Assembly (NCBI GenBank): GCA_012295275.1
Contig: CM022679.1
Coordinates: 31,124,001 to 31,188,000 of the forward strand
DNA length: 64,000 nt
From: Chrysomallon squamiferum
Taxonomy: Eukaryota; Animalia; Mollusca
Direction: 5' to 3'
This document shows positions 1-40,271 of the stretch, in pieces. Positions within the stretch are counted from its first letter, which is position 1; each line of letters opens with the position of its first letter. Both the position numbers and the translations under genes were made by a program. The notes under the pieces were generated by a model. The model saw only the letters and a program-made list of their open reading frames with translations. It searched no databases and had not been told where the DNA came from.

Positions 1-25
1 GAAAGAGAAAGAGACAGAAACAGAC

Positions 26-74
<49 letters not shown>

Positions 75-557
75 GACTCGTATATTTATTCTCGTATCAT
101 TTGATTAATTTAGCAGCTATTTGTGGATATTATTGTTGTAATTGCTATTGTTGTTTTTAATAAATATTATTATCATGATCGCCATTATCATTAATATTAT
201 TATTTATTAATTTATTTATATATTTATTTTAAATAGTATAACATTTGCTGGTACCATATTTGATGAACTGTAATCTACATTACTATTGTTAAAATAGTAT
301 TTAGTCTATTATTTATCAAGGCCCTGTTAAGAAAGAAAACAGACACACATATACACACACAAACACAGAGATCAACAACAGAAGCGTGATATTAACAAGT
401 AGAAAAAATAACACATTAAAAAATAAAAAGTTGTTATTGATATATGTACTTTGCAGTTCGTAATAGGGGTTTCAAAAAAAAAAGACAAAAGCTGATCTAA
501 TAGTGCTGACTCATGGGTGACGTCATTTATGTTAGGGTTAAAACGATTGATACTCAC

Positions 558-20364
<19,807 letters not shown>

Positions 20365-20705
20365 AGTGAACAACGTCAACTGGAAACGTGCACGGATTCG
20401 TTAAAAGACAAAATTAGACGAAACATTAATTTTACTGTTTACCAAGCGCACTTAGTGTTCAGTATTATTGCAAATTATCATTGCCAAAAAAAAATATATA
20501 TATATATATTTATTTATTTATTAATGAAAAATTACTAAATTTGAGAAATGTATACATTTAATGTTTAGCGCTGTGACTGAATAAGATTTTGAACTTTTTC
20601 CGTCTGTAGAAATGAAGTATTAGAAACATTTACTACGTTTAAATGTATGCTTGTTTTTAATAATTTTAGATGTAAAAAAATAATTATAAAGTGAAAATAA
20701 CTTAC

Positions 20706-20768
20706 CAAAAATATTCAATGACCTAGCTGTAACAATATGTGCAATATCGTGGGTACGAGGTATTTATA
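20706..20768 (-). promoter_or_regulatory. P1 TATA box and short non-coding first exon
   Basis: TATAAATA at 20768-20761 (minus strand), then conserved CGATATTGCACATATTGTTACAGCTAG, then donor G|GTAAG at 20705. The same block precedes P2, P3 and P4. Confidence 0.6.
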
Positions 20769-23332
20769 ACGATCCACGGACGCAATAATCATCAATCAAA
20801 CCTCTGATATCTAAAAGATTACTATGGCAGAAAAATATAAAGTTAAAATAAATGTAAGGTTTGTGACAGGTGAAACCATAAAACGTGGAATGTTCATACA
20901 TTTTATAATTAATTTACTCTGTGCATTCTATCGATTTTTCTATCAGTATGTGTGTCATGGGTGTTTGCCTGTATGTCGGTGTACATGGCTGTGTATATGT
21001 TTGTATATGTTTCTATGTATATATGTATGTATATTTTATGTATGTATGTATGTATGTTTGTATATATGTATGTATGTATCTATCTATCTATCAGTCTTTC
21101 TCTCTACCTGTCTGTCTATCTGTCTATCTATCTATCTCTCTCTACATCTGTCCATCGATATTTTTATCTAACTATATTTCTATATATCTGTCTATCTATC
21201 TATCTATATACATATATATATATATATGTGTGTGTGTGTGTTTGTGTGTATGTGTGTGTCAATATGTGAATCTGTCTGTCTATCTATCTTTCTTTCTATT
21301 TTTCTATATACCCATCTCTTTACCTAATTGTTCTATAATAAGTGAAATGATATTCAAGATGTATATTGATGATTATAATATATGAAATTACTATAGAGTG
21401 ACTGTTCTATGAATACAAATAGGTTTCACTATTTCACTCTTTTGAAAAAAAAATTCTGTCAGCACGAAACGTTTCCTATGGTTAAAAAGAAAACGCTACA
21501 GTCCATTACTGTAAAAACAGAACGTTACGAAATTAATAAAAACACTGCTTTGATATCGATTACTTCGTCCTGTAAATCTGCTAGATAGAGCTTTGTATTC
21601 ATGACAGTGGTTAAAACTCAATTAAACATTCCGAGTAAATCTTTTTTGATTTCTTAAAAGAATGGTAATACATGAATAAAGTCGTCACAAAGTTTTTACT
21701 TTTCCCCTAAGCAGTTACTGTTCAGTATGGTTGAAAATTGTTTTTGATTTTGACATAGAGATACAGATGTAAAAGCCCACCACCTTCATCTCAACTGATT
21801 TTGAATTGCACCCTCCATGACGACTTCACAGGTTGCCGACTTTCTTGTAATACGGAAACATGATAAGACAGGTAAGTTAGATGCAGTGGGTTAAAATGAT
21901 GATGCTACAATTGGACATTACAGAGTTATAATTCTAAAGGGTTCTATTAACTACGAACAGTATATATCAATGCCAAAACCGTTGGTTTTAACACCACATG
22001 TTCAGACCAAGTTTCCCCAAGGGATGCAGTAAACCATCTCCACACTCTTTATGTAATTATGACATATTAATCACAATTTGTATTCTTCTTAATGTTCTAA
22101 TAGATTTTATATTTTATTTATTGTCAACAAGAAATTAGTATGAAATAATAATATTTTATTGTTATATCTTCCTAAACCTAGTGAGAAATGAGATTACTTT
22201 ATTATTAGCATATATATTATTTTCTCATCTTCACTGAATACAAATTCTTCCATTTATTGAATCATTCTTCATGCCATTCACATTAATTTTATAAAGTTCT
22301 GAATAATATAAAGCTATTTCGTTATTCTCGTTATTATTGAATAATAATGCTTTTCTAAAAACATGCTCAATTCACCTTATCACAAATATTTTTATAGCAG
22401 ATAAAAAATTAAAAAAACAAATTAAAATCGTGAATTGAGATAAAAAAGTACGATTTGCTCAACAGTCAGACAGTTAGCTTATATTTCTAACTCTAGTGAG
22501 AAGTGAGATTACTTTATTATTAACATATATATTATTTTTATCATTTTCCATTTACTGAATAATTCTTCATGTCATTCACATTACTTTTATAAAGTTCTGA
22601 AAATGTCTTGTTGGTAACATAAGCTATTTCATGACTGTCGTGTTGAATAATAATGCTTTTCTAAATACATGAGGAATTCACCAAAAGAGAAAGATTTTTA
22701 TAGCGGATGCAAAATAATAAAATAAATTAAGATCATGAATTAAGACAAAAAACAAAATTACGAGTTGTTGGTCATAATTTCTGAAAGAAAAGAGTATATC
22801 ATTCTGGATAAACAGGTATATAAAACTGTCAGTTATATGAGTTTCTGATTTATGTTTTTCAAACTGTCATATATATTTTTTTAAATGTGTTTCTGCTTTG
22901 CTGTTATTAGTACAGTAGAGGCAGTTAAAATAATATTATCTACTTTGTGTCCCGTTTACTTTATTTATTTATTTATTCAATTTTTCTCTTTTTTTGTTTT
23001 TTACTTTTTTTTTTTTTTTTTTTTTTGCTTTTCTGCTGTCCAGTATTACTATTCAAACGTTTCGTCCTTTATTATTATTCTATACTGTAATATTATTATT
23101 CATTATTACTATATATTGTAATAGATACCTCAACTGTTTTAGAGAAATGTGATTAATTGATATCGTAGTACTAGCGGTAGAACGTACGTGCAAACCTACA
23201 ATAATACTTTTCTGCTTAAATTTAATCTTTCTCTTACGTTATGAAATTTGACAGACTTATTGTAACTACAACTTATATTATTAGTATTTCAACTCATCTT
23301 TCTCTCAGATAAATAGAGAATTATTATGCACA

Positions 23333-23429
<97 letters not shown>

Positions 23430-25131
23430 TTTGTTTTGAACCTTGTTGATTTCACTTCATTCATGGCCAACATACTTCACATGTAAAGGGCTGATTACAT
23501 ACACCGTTTGTTCTAATGAGAGATAGTAAAGTTCTGTTTATATCAACAATGTTCCGACAGAGGAGTATAATTCTCCTAAGTTATAATATACGTTGGGGGC
23601 CAGATATCTTCTGGAGACACAATTACCCTACCTTACCCTAATAACTAACTACATCAGCGTTTATTTCATTTAACTCTAATACTCTTGAATGAGACCTTGT
23701 CCTTTTTAAATCACCTCAAGTCAAGATTAATCTGCAAAATGTTACCTATACAACATATAAAAGGTCGAGAACTGTAATAGTTTCAGTTTAATAATAAAAT
23801 ACACTTAAAGTGGACACATGAAACCACTAGAGCGATATGACACAGCTTTAATACTGTATTATAACCTTACCTTGAATGCTGATTTCGAAAGATTCATTGG
23901 AGGAATTTTGAGTGATAAAGAAGAGCAATAATTGTTCTTTGTATTTATATAATTGCAGTGAAAGTGTCAGAAAAGACGGTTTTCGGCCAACAAATCCCAG
24001 CTAATACTTGAGATTTATATTCCACGTGTCAACAAAGTCTGATTTATCGGATTAAACCCACTGTGTGATTCGACATGGAATGTCCCTATCATGGATTTTT
24101 TATAAATATTTGCTGATATCTGTAAACACAACAAAATGTAAGTAAAAGTAATTGTTTCTTAAAAATCCTCTCCTATTTTATTTTTTCTGAAAGAGAATTT
24201 AGTATGAAATAATAATATTTTATTAATATATCTTGCTATACGCAATGAGAAATGAGATTACTTTATTATTATTTGATAATAGAAAGATAATTGTTCATTC
24301 GCATGTTGAATAATGATGTTTTTCATACCACATGTTAAATATTTTAATGCAGATACAAAATGACAGAATAAGTTATAATCGTGAATTAAAGAAGTAGAAA
24401 AGTATACTACTGGCTCGAACGTGAGATTAGAAAGGAAGTTTATATTTTAACTTCTACAATAATGTTTTATGATCCGATTATTTATACACAGATTTCAATT
24501 AATAACATTTTATCTCCTCTTTGTATTTTCATAGTTTATACAAACAATATGAAGAAAACCAAAATAACCTAGAAATTATAATAAAGGTGATGGTGATCAC
24601 GATAATAATAACATCTACAATGAGTAATAATTTAATCTGTATTATTTTTCATAATATTATAACAGTGTGTAATCGATCATAATGCAGTAGAGGTAGTGTT
24701 TTATCTCTGGTTTATATTACTTTATTGAGCATTATTATTATTCTATATTGTTCTTTCATTATTCATTATTATTAATTACTGTACTAGATATCGCAATTGT
24801 TTTAGTGAAGTATGTTTAATTAATATCTTAATACTCACACTAGTACGTACATACGTACCTATCTACAATACAAATGTTCTGTTTAAATGTTTTCCTTCTC
24901 TTACATTTAGAATGAAATTTAGCAGAGTAATTGTAACTAATAATAATAATAATCTTATTATTTTATGTCTTTTTTCAGTGATACTAATATGCTACGTAAT
25001 GTAACATGGAAATATTCTCATTTCTTTTTCTTCTGTTTTGTAAATAGTTATTGCAGGTAGGCTACAGGACAAGATGTGTTTTATACTGAAAGGGAATACA
25101 AATTTCGAAATGGATAAATAGACAATTATAC

Positions 25132-25256
<125 letters not shown>

Positions 25257-25322
25257 TTCATGCCCTCGCTTTTAAATAGCTAAAATAGATTCAGTGTTTT
25301 ACATTAGGACTTTATTATCTCC

Positions 25323-30434
<5,112 letters not shown>

Positions 30435-30449
30435 GGTGAACAACGTCAA

Positions 30450-30495
<46 letters not shown>

Positions 30496-30749
30496 GACAA
30501 ACTACTAAGTTTGAGAAATGTAAACATTTAATGTTTAGCGCTGTCACTTAATAGAACAAATATTTATTTTCTAACATTATTTAACATGGATCTTGAAAAC
30601 AGAGAAACGAAAATAAATATGGTGTTCTCTCTTTAAATCCTTTTAACATATTTCCCTGAGATTTTAAACATTTTACCAACTATTCGAAATATTTACTACT
30701 TTTTAGAATTTTATATGCAAAAAATAATTATAGAGTGAAAATACCTTAC

Positions 30750-30821
30750 CAGAAACAGTTGTAATATTGAATGATCTAGCTGTAACAATATGTGCAATAT
30801 CGTTGGTACGAGGTATTTATA
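30750..30821 (-). promoter_or_regulatory. P2 TATA box and non-coding first exon
   Basis: TATAAATA at 30821-30814, conserved downstream block, donor G|GTAAGG at 30749. Confidence 0.6.
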
Positions 30822-32294
30822 ATGATGCACGGACGCAATAATGATGAATCAAACGTCTGATATCTCAAAAAGTACTGTCAGACAAATATAAATTCAAAAT
30901 AAATGTAAAGTTTATGACAGTTCAAACGATTGAACGTCGAATATTTAAAAATTTTATAATAAATGTATTCTGTGTATTCTGTCGATTTCTTTTTCTGTCT
31001 GTCTGTGAATCTCTGTCTACATCTAACTATATTTCTATATATCTATATCTATTCATCTATCTATCTATCTATCAATCTTTCTGTTTTTCTATCTATCTAT
31101 TTATCTACTTTTTCTACAATAAGTGAAATGATATTCAAAAAGTATATTGATGATTATAATATATTAAGTTACTATAGGATGATTGTTCTATGAAAACAAA
31201 CAGGTTTAACTCTTTCAGTGTTGAGAAAATTCTTTCCTATCAACACCGAACGTTTCCTGTGTGTAGAAACAGCACGTTACAGCCCGTTACTGTAAAACGG
31301 AATGTTACGAAATTAATACAAAAAATACTGCTTTGATCTGAATTACATTGTCCTGTATTTGGGGTACGTAGAGTTTTGTATGATAGTGGTTAAAAATCAG
31401 TTAAACATTCCTAAAAAACCCAGATAATTTATGAATAAAAACCGTCGTCAAATTTTTTACTTTTCTCTTTGTTCAATATAATTGATAATTTTTATTGATT
31501 TCGACAAATTTAAAATGTTTCGATCTGCATACAGTGAAGGTTCTTTAATCCCACGAAATTCATCTCAACTGATTTTGAATTGCACCCTCCATGACGACTT
31601 CACAGGTTGCCAACTTTCTTGTAATTCTGAAACATGGTAACACAGGCAAGATTTGTGGGTTAAACTGATGATGTTACAATTGGACACTACAGAGTTATAA
31701 TTCTAAAGTGTTGTATTAACTACGAACAGAATATATCAATGCCAAAACCGTTGATTTTAACACCACATGTTCAGACGAAATTTCCCCAAGTGGTGTAGTA
31801 AACCATCTCCACACTCTTTATGTAGTTATGACATATTAATCACACTTGTTTTATTCTTCTTAACGTTCTAATTGTTTTTATATTTTATTTATTCTCAACA
31901 AAATTTTTTATATTTTATTGTTATATCTTCCTAAACCTACTGAGAAACGAAATTACTTTATTATTAGCTTATATATTATTTTCTCATCTTCACTGAATAC
32001 AAATTCTTCCATTTATTGAATGATTCTTCATGCCATTCACATTACTTTTAGAAAGTTCTGAAAATGTCTTGTTGAGAATATAAAGCTATTTCATCATCCT
32101 CGTATTGAATAGAACGTGTTGAATTCACCAAATGAGAAATACTTTTTATAGCAGATACAAAATTAAAAAAATAAATTAAAATCATGAATTGAGATAAAAA
32201 AAAAGTACGAGTTGCTGAACAGTCAGACAGTTAGCTTATATTTCAACCGCTGCAATGTTTGTTTTTATGTTTTTTTTTTTTTTTTTTTTTCTCT

Positions 32295-32394
<100 letters not shown>

Positions 32395-32824
32395 CTATTA
32401 TAGATGGTTTCCAATCGTTTGATCTTGTTTTATATTATCTTTGTTTTATATAATTATCATAATTTTTCCATTTCAGTTTAATGATTTATTCACGTTTTAT
32501 AGTTTTCTGTCACAGTACAGAGTAATATGATATTCATACTAAATGTTTTATTACGTTTGTGCAACACTATTACTATCTGTTCAATCGTTACTGTAATATT
32601 CTTTCAGCTAGATTATTGAATACTTAAACTATTTTTGGTAAAATATATGAACTTTTTAATTATTTTCATATCATTACTATTTATCTTGATACAGGTATTA
32701 CAGTTAAAGATAATAAATGTCTAGAATAAATGTTATTTATTTCATATGTAAAAAGTTAAAAAACATGAAAGACTAATATTGTCATTTTAGTTTTTCAGTT
32801 TTCTGCTTTATATTATATTAGGGG

Positions 32825-32871
<47 letters not shown>

Positions 32872-33056
32872 CAAATGTTTGTAATATGAAAAAAAAAATA
32901 ATAAAAACATAATATATAAAATAATTGAGATGTTTTGCACCGTAATTGAAAAATGCATAAAAAGATATTAAATTCATTAGAATAGTTTAAAATATTCGTT
33001 TTGCATGAATAAATTAAAAATTTTAATTCTAATTAATTATACGCTATTTTATTTGA

Positions 33057-34019
33057 GGTTACACTGGAAGTTCGTGTTCAAAACAAACAACGTCATCATG
33101 TGATTGTAAAAATGGCGGGCAATGTGTATCTCACGTCTGCCAGTTTTCACTAGTATTTACACGAAAGGAGTGTGAGATTTTTGTTTGCGACAATTCAACG
33201 TTTCGAAATGGGTAAGTCGTTACTGTGAATTTTGCTTTATATGTTTCTACATTTAATTTTACTACATTGCCAAACTTAATATAAATATACGAAAAACAAA
33301 AACGTTTAATGTATTGGTTTACCGAAAGGTAACGATTCCAACTAAAATAAACTGCATAAAGAATAATCGGTCAGTGTATTTCTCCAGCTGGAAAACAGTT
33401 CGATAAGAAAACATCTTCATTCACTGAACTACGCAATGTTGTGGAAACATACATACATACATACATACATACATACATACATACATACATACATACATAC
33501 ATACATACATACATACATACATACATGCATGCATACATACATAGATATTTATTTCCAACTGAAATCTGTAAATCCATCTCTAATATTTTAAACAATTCCA
33601 TTGCATTGTGTTTCAAAATAATAAAACAAACCAATTATATATGTGAATGCCAAAAAGGATACACTGGTAGAAACTGTGAATCTGACGTCAATGAATGCGC
33701 ATCACATCCATGTCTTAATCACGGAACGTGCACAAGATGGGGTTGGTACTTATTCATGTCTTTGTAAACACGGATACACTGGTAGAAACTGTGAAACTGA
33801 CATCATTGAATGCGCACCTAAATCATGTCTTAATAATGGAACATGTGTGAACAAAACTGACAGATAGTCCGGTAAATGTCCTACTGGGTATTGTTGAAGA
33901 AACTGTGAAAGTGATATTACTGAGTGTAGTGACAACAGATGCAACGATACAAGAAGCAGTACGATCGATGCCTGATTATTGTATAACTACTGCTGGTTCG
34001 AAGTTATCCGAAATTAACA
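33057..34019 (+). pseudogene. Decayed EGF-repeat (Notch/fibropellin-type calcium-binding EGF) exons
   Basis: 33057-33211 reads GYTGSSCSKQTTSSCDCKNGGQCVSHVCQF..ECEIFVCD with a GTAAGT donor. About 33635-33945 reads [32 protein letters not shown] / [63 protein letters not shown], with a frameshift and two stops. Confidence 0.85.
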
Positions 34020-34411
34020 GTAAGTCCTTTGTAAAAAATATTTTTATTTATTTTATTTTATTTTATTTTATTTTATTTTATTTTTATTTTTATTTATTGT
34101 TTGTTTGTTTGTTTGTGTGTGTGTGTGTTTGTTTAGATGCAGGCTTTGTTTTTAATATAATTCTTGCTGTAAATTTATAAATAAAAACAGCTGCTTTTTG
34201 CAAGTGTATGTTTGTTTTTTCGTTATCTGGGAAGTTAGTGAAGTTTTTAAAATTTATGTTGTTATGTTCTAAAACAAAGAAACAAAAAAGTTACGTTTTC
34301 ACATTTAAATGAGTTTGCTTTGGAGACTGTTCAGTGAAATTGTGTATTTAATATATCACGTAAGTTTCAAGTTCATTCTAAAACAAGTGTGTGTGTGTGT
34401 GTCTGTATAGA

Positions 34412-34444
<33 letters not shown>

Positions 34445-35958
34445 TTATGTATGTATGCATCTATGTATATATGTAAGCATGTGTGTATGTATGTATGTAT
34501 ATATGTGTATGTATGTATGCATGTATGCATGTATGTATGTATGCATTTATGTATGTATGCATGTATGATTGTATGTATGCATATATGTATGCATGTATGT
34601 ATATATGTATGTATGCATGTATGCAAATATGTATGTATGCATGAATGCATGTATGTATGCATATATGTATGCATGTATGTATGTATGCATATATGTATGC
34701 ATGTATGTATGTAGGTATGTATGAGACACTGGTAGCAAGGTTGACATATTTTTTGAAAAGAAGCATGAATATTATCCAGTAATTATTAATGTAACTTAAC
34801 TAATCACAGTAATGGCTCGATTTTCTATTATTTTATAAACATGAAACTCAGTATACCATCATGATTTAGGTTACTATTAAACGTAATACACAATACAAAC
34901 TTTAATGTAAAATGGATTAACACAATACAAACTTTAATGCAAAATTAATTTTTAGGATTTTCAGTTTATTTTCCGGACATTCAATCGTTACTATTGTTGT
35001 TGTTGCTGTTGTTGTCGTTGTTGTTGATGTCATTGTTCTTTTATGCCACAAATCACTGTTTTAATAACCAATTAGATTCCTCATAAATGAAATATGCACT
35101 GAATAAATCTTTTTACAAGGGAATATACTTTTAAATAATATATATATATATATATATATTTTTTTTTTTGTAAATCGAATATTCTAGTAACCAGACCATG
35201 TGTAAATTAACATTACAGTAACAAGAAATATTTCAAATTAAGTATATTTTAATCTATATAGTCTAACAAAAGGTTGACACGTACATTTTAGAAATATATT
35301 TTCTTGGTTAAAATCTAAGCAAAAGCGAAACATAAAATGCTGACAGGTGCAGTTTTCAAATATTCATCAGCGTGTTTTACAGTGTATAAAAATTAAACAA
35401 ATGACAATTAAGATCTGTCTGTAATCTTACGAGAACCCAAAGAATGCAGTAGTTTCCACACCCTTCTTTGTGCGTTACATTTCCTTTTTTTTTCTTCTTT
35501 TTTTACCAAAACCGTCGTATGTGTTTTGTTGCCTTTGGTAAAGAGTATAACAAAAATAGAATCGCGTTCTTCGGAAGAGAGTTTCCCATTTTAAGACTGT
35601 CGAGTCACATTGCTTTTTCCCTTTCCTATTCTTGACGTGTTTACATAAACGTTGGACAGAAATTCTCTAGTCATTTCTAATGTTTAAAATTACGTGAAAA
35701 TTCAAGCATACATTAAAGAAGTGTATGAGAATGCGATGTGCATAAAACAAACAAATTCAGCTTCTCACATTACTGAATGGAATTATAAGCGCTTCGGACA
35801 TCCTTTATGAAAGAATAAACAAAATACTCTACTCACCTAGAACTGGCCTATGTTTCCTAATTAGGTTCTTTATTAATAATAGTTATGAATGTATGTCAGT
35901 AGGTAAGCAACTAGACGGAATATTCAACAGATGCCTCTACTGAAAGAAACACATTAAA

Positions 35959-36912
35959 CTAAGCAGTACTTGAGGATACTGGCTGGACTGAATTGAATTT
36001 AGAACAACAAAGAATCGAACGAAATGCCCTTCGGAAATCCTTGTTCATCAAAGCATAAATAAAAATATTCATGCATTAATTAAAAACGAAAATAGGAGAC
36101 AGAATGTCAAAAATAAACAACCAGACAGGACGAAAGTGATTGATTACAACGGCGATGTTAAAAGGAAACCAGCTACAGAAAAAAGCTCCGCAAACGACGA
36201 GCATCAGTCGAACTGCTCGCCAATTTTTGTGCGGAACGTTGATCGACGGTGTTACAGTGGTAAGTTGGATGAGACGTTGCTGACGTCGTGTCAGTCGGAT
36301 TATTAAACTGTAACACGTGAAGGAAATGAAAAACACTGTGAAGAAGAGAAACGTTTCAACGTACACCTGGTACCAAACAGGCAACACGCCGAAGTTAGAA
36401 CAATAACCTACTTCATCGAACTGGTTCACAAAGAACACGAGTCCGGCAAATGCGATGCAGACGACCCAAGTAACCAGCAACACGATCTTCACAAAGGTGA
36501 CGGTCACAAGCCTGTTGTACACAAATGGGTACACGATAAAAAGAAAGCGATCTAACGAAATGGTCGCTGCCGACACCATCGTAACATGGAAACTCGTGTA
36601 CAGTATAAACAAACTGAAGAAACAGCAAATCTTGCAGTAGTATATGTAAGGTACTGTGTACGAATTGTACCACAGGGAATCATAGCTGTAGCCCAAGCCA
36701 GTTAAGAAGTCAGCGACTGCAAGAGACACGATGTACATGTTGGGCAAAGTGTGTAAAGCAGGGGTCCGCCACACCGCTAGCATTGTCATGAGGTTGCCCA
36801 GGCAAATGAAGAGTCCAAGACTGGGCATGAGTATTGGCATTGCAATACAGAATCCGATGTATTCACTGAGAGGGGCGTAGTCACAGTATTCTAGTTCTGT
36901 GTCGTTATCCAT
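35959..36912 (-). pseudogene. Intronless class A (rhodopsin-like) GPCR copy with a premature stop in TM7
   Basis: About 99% identical to 44222-45175. TCA(Ser) has become TAA at 36078-36076, just before the NPxxY-equivalent. The downstream sequence is still in frame to the ancestral TAG at 35959. Confidence 0.85.
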
Positions 36913-37719
36913 TGCTTGTTTTACTTTATTACGTGATCGGAATTGTGATATCTTTGATTTAATATTCAAATGAAGTATAATGAAATAGGCGTGAGAAAAT
37001 GTACCTGATGTGAATATACATTTAACTAAATGTACCATATATGAACAGAAGTATAACTAAATAAATATTAACATTGCAGGTGAATTGTAACGTAACTAAT
37101 TAGACGTGAACACAGTATATTTGTGCGCGAACTGCAGTGCAAATAGATGTGAAATGAAAGTGAATAACGGAACAAAATGCATTGTACGTGAACGGGAATA
37201 TAATTAGCACACGTTACCTAAACTGATCCTTGACGTACGCGCTAATAATACGTTCGTACTATAACTGAATTCACGTGGAAGGATATTAATGTTTGAAGAG
37301 AAGCCTGTTGTCATTAATAACGTCTTTCTTTTAGACTGAATGCCTGTCATGAGAAGTCTTAAAAAGCATCGTTGACTTTGAACAAAACGGATCACAATCT
37401 CCTCTCTTATTTAAGTAACACGTCGCAGGTTTCAGTTTCAACTTGTCTTTTCACTTCTGTTTTCTTTCGTCATCTTATTTTGTGACGGTTTCAGACGCAG
37501 CTGTTGGTTCCTTTGAAACAGGTCTTAGGGACAAGAACGTGATGAAAGTAACACTGATTCTTGAGATTGTTTTCTTGTGCTTCAAAACAGTATTATTCGT
37601 CATCATCCGTGTTTGTATAGATAAACAAAACGACCTGAGTAGAATTTCTTGTTCAATTTGAATTAAGGTTTTTTTCTTTTCTAATATCCGTCTTATGGAA
37701 CAAAACGAATAAAATTGAG

Positions 37720-38440
37720 TCTTACAGGAATAGTTCCTTTGATAACTGGACGCAGTAAAAAAAAAAAAAGAATAGAACTGAACTTGTCTCCAGAGTTTTT
37801 CCGTTCTAGAACAAACTCTAAAATAAACTAAAAAGATTGTAATACACTAATCCTCCCATTTTGTTCTGCTCTGGAGCACGCTCTTACATGAACGAATATA
37901 AATAATCCGGTTCTACTACAAGCTCTTAAAGATATTGATTCCTTTTTTTTTTTTTTACCGTTCTAAAACAACCTTTAAATATATACGTAAAAATAGATTG
38001 AATCAGTGTCTCTGGTTTCTCATTTCTAGAATATGTGGTTGAATAAACAAATAAAACCCGAATAATATAGTCGGCTGATATATTTTTTTTTTTTTTTTTT
38101 TTTGTATGTTTGTAATTGTTGGGTTTTTTTTATGACAAAACCTTAAATAAATATTTAGAATATAAAATCTGTCTGTTTCCTCTGGTTTTCCCGTTATAGA
38201 ACGATTTTTAAAAGAAATAACAGTAACTTTAAACTGGTTTCTTCAGGGTTTCCATTCTATAACAAATTCTTAAATGAATAAATTAATTGATTAAATCAAA
38301 AAAAAAAAATAAATAAACGAAAAGAATTACACTGATTTTTCTAGCTTTTTCCGTTTTTCTGCAAGTTCATAAATGAATAACAGCTGAATCAAACTTGTTA
38401 TTTCGGTTTTCTCGTCTAGAAAAAGCTCTTAAATAATCAG
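37720..38440. repeat. Degenerate minisatellite, roughly 60-bp unit
   Basis: Recurrent variants of CTGGTTTT(C)CCGTTCTAGAACAA..TAAA near 37795, 37955, 38010, 38180, 38245, 38345 and 38405. Confidence 0.5.
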
Positions 38441-40183
38441 GAAACTATAGGAAAAATCAGTATTAGTAAGTAATAATAACTGAAATGTGAAATGTTGTTT
38501 GTAACCAAATCCGTTTTCTGAAATAAACAAAAATAAAAAACAAAACAACAAAAGTTCCAATTACTCCTTGAGTTCGTATATTGAATATCCAAAATCTATA
38601 TCTCCTATGAATGTTGTTAAACCTTCTAGCAAGACTATGATAAGCAAAACATATTTTATTAGGTAACTGAAAAGTGGGAGGAGCTAAATGTGTCCTGTCA
38701 TCTGTAAGGGTTGGGTCTGTCTAACAGTACTGAACAGCCAAAACCCCGCCCCCAAACACCATCTACATCAACAGCAAGAACAATTATAACAAGAACAACA
38801 AAAACAATAATAACAAGAACAAAAAAAAACAATAATAACGGTAACAACATCAATAATAATACTGATGCTTGTACTACTACAACTACTACCATTACTGCAA
38901 CTACTACTAATACTACGACGACGACTACTACTACTAATAATAGTAATAATAGAACATCATCATCAGCAGCAGCAACAACCATAACTATAGTAAATTTATT
39001 AAAGAAAATTATATTTGGCAGATAATTCAAATTAATAGATTTGTTGTTTTTCTCCCGGGTTTTTTTTTTCATTTTTTCATTTCTATATTTTTTTTTTTTT
39101 TTTTTTTTGTTATATTTTTTCGTCCATTTTTTCATTCTTTCCGTCCTTTTTTTCTTCCATATCTTTTTTTCTTATTCTTTCCTTCTTTTTTTATTCTTTC
39201 TTTCTTTGATCGTAATTAATCTTTCTGTTTGTTTTTTTTTCTTTAATTCTTTTTAATCACCTTATTTCTTCTTATCGTTTTTCTTAAATTTTTCTTTCAA
39301 TTTTCTTTATTTCATATCGTCTTTCTTTCTTCTGATCGTAATTAATCTTTCTGTTTTTTTTTTTTTTTCTTTAATTCTTTTTAATCACCTTATTTCTTCT
39401 TATCGTCGTTTTTTCTTATTTTTAACCTTCATTTTGTCGTGTTCTATTAATTTCTTTATATCACCATCATTTTCTTTCCGTTATATACAAGATAAAAATT
39501 GTTTTATCTTAAAATTAATATAAAATTAATATCTTGAATGATACTGATATTGTACCTCAAATAAATGCTACTTTGCTAAAATCCGCCAGAGATGGAAAGA
39601 ACAAATTTGAAATATAAGCTTCGAGAGATTTTATGTTTCATGTGTTTTAATTGTCTTTTTATATCATTTCGTTGATTAAGAAAGATCAGATATAGCTGTT
39701 CGCGTATAAAATTTTTGTAAACTTGTTTGCAGACGTCAATATAATGGTGACGAATTCAAACTGAATTAATGAATATTTATTATTAAAAAAAAACATAGAA
39801 TTCTGAAGGTCGGAAGAAACATTTCAACAACACACACAAACATATCCATATATAAAAATCAGTGAATCTAAATTAAAGTTAGAGATAGAATTCAATATCA
39901 AAAAAAAAAAAAAAAAAAAAAAACAGAGACACAGAAATCATAAAAATAGACAGTGAGAGAGAGAAAAACACCTTAGTAGAAATAATAATAATATAGAAAA
40001 TTAGACAAACAGAGGCTCATAAACAGAGAATTTGACTTATACAGAATACCAAGTTTGATACCGATACGTGGAGACAGATATGCAGTGAAAAATACAGAAT
40101 CAAAATATGCACAGAATTAGAGAAAAAGAAATATAAGTAAGAGACAGAGAAGAAAGGGGAGAGAAAAGAGAGAGAGAGAGAGG

Positions 40184-40271
<88 letters not shown>

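Noticed and set aside
36913-37038. 42-aa N-terminal extension of the minus-strand GPCR ORF
   Set aside because: Absent from the intact copy; homology stops 32 bp upstream of the shared ATG.
38711-39025. Thr/Asn-rich mucin-like ORF
   Set aside because: Made of degenerate trinucleotide repeats, with a TTG start and no splice or signal evidence.
39206-39406. Local duplication with about 125-bp spacing, and small duplications near 34885 and 57231
   Set aside because: Ordinary slippage-type duplications in low-complexity DNA with no functional signal.
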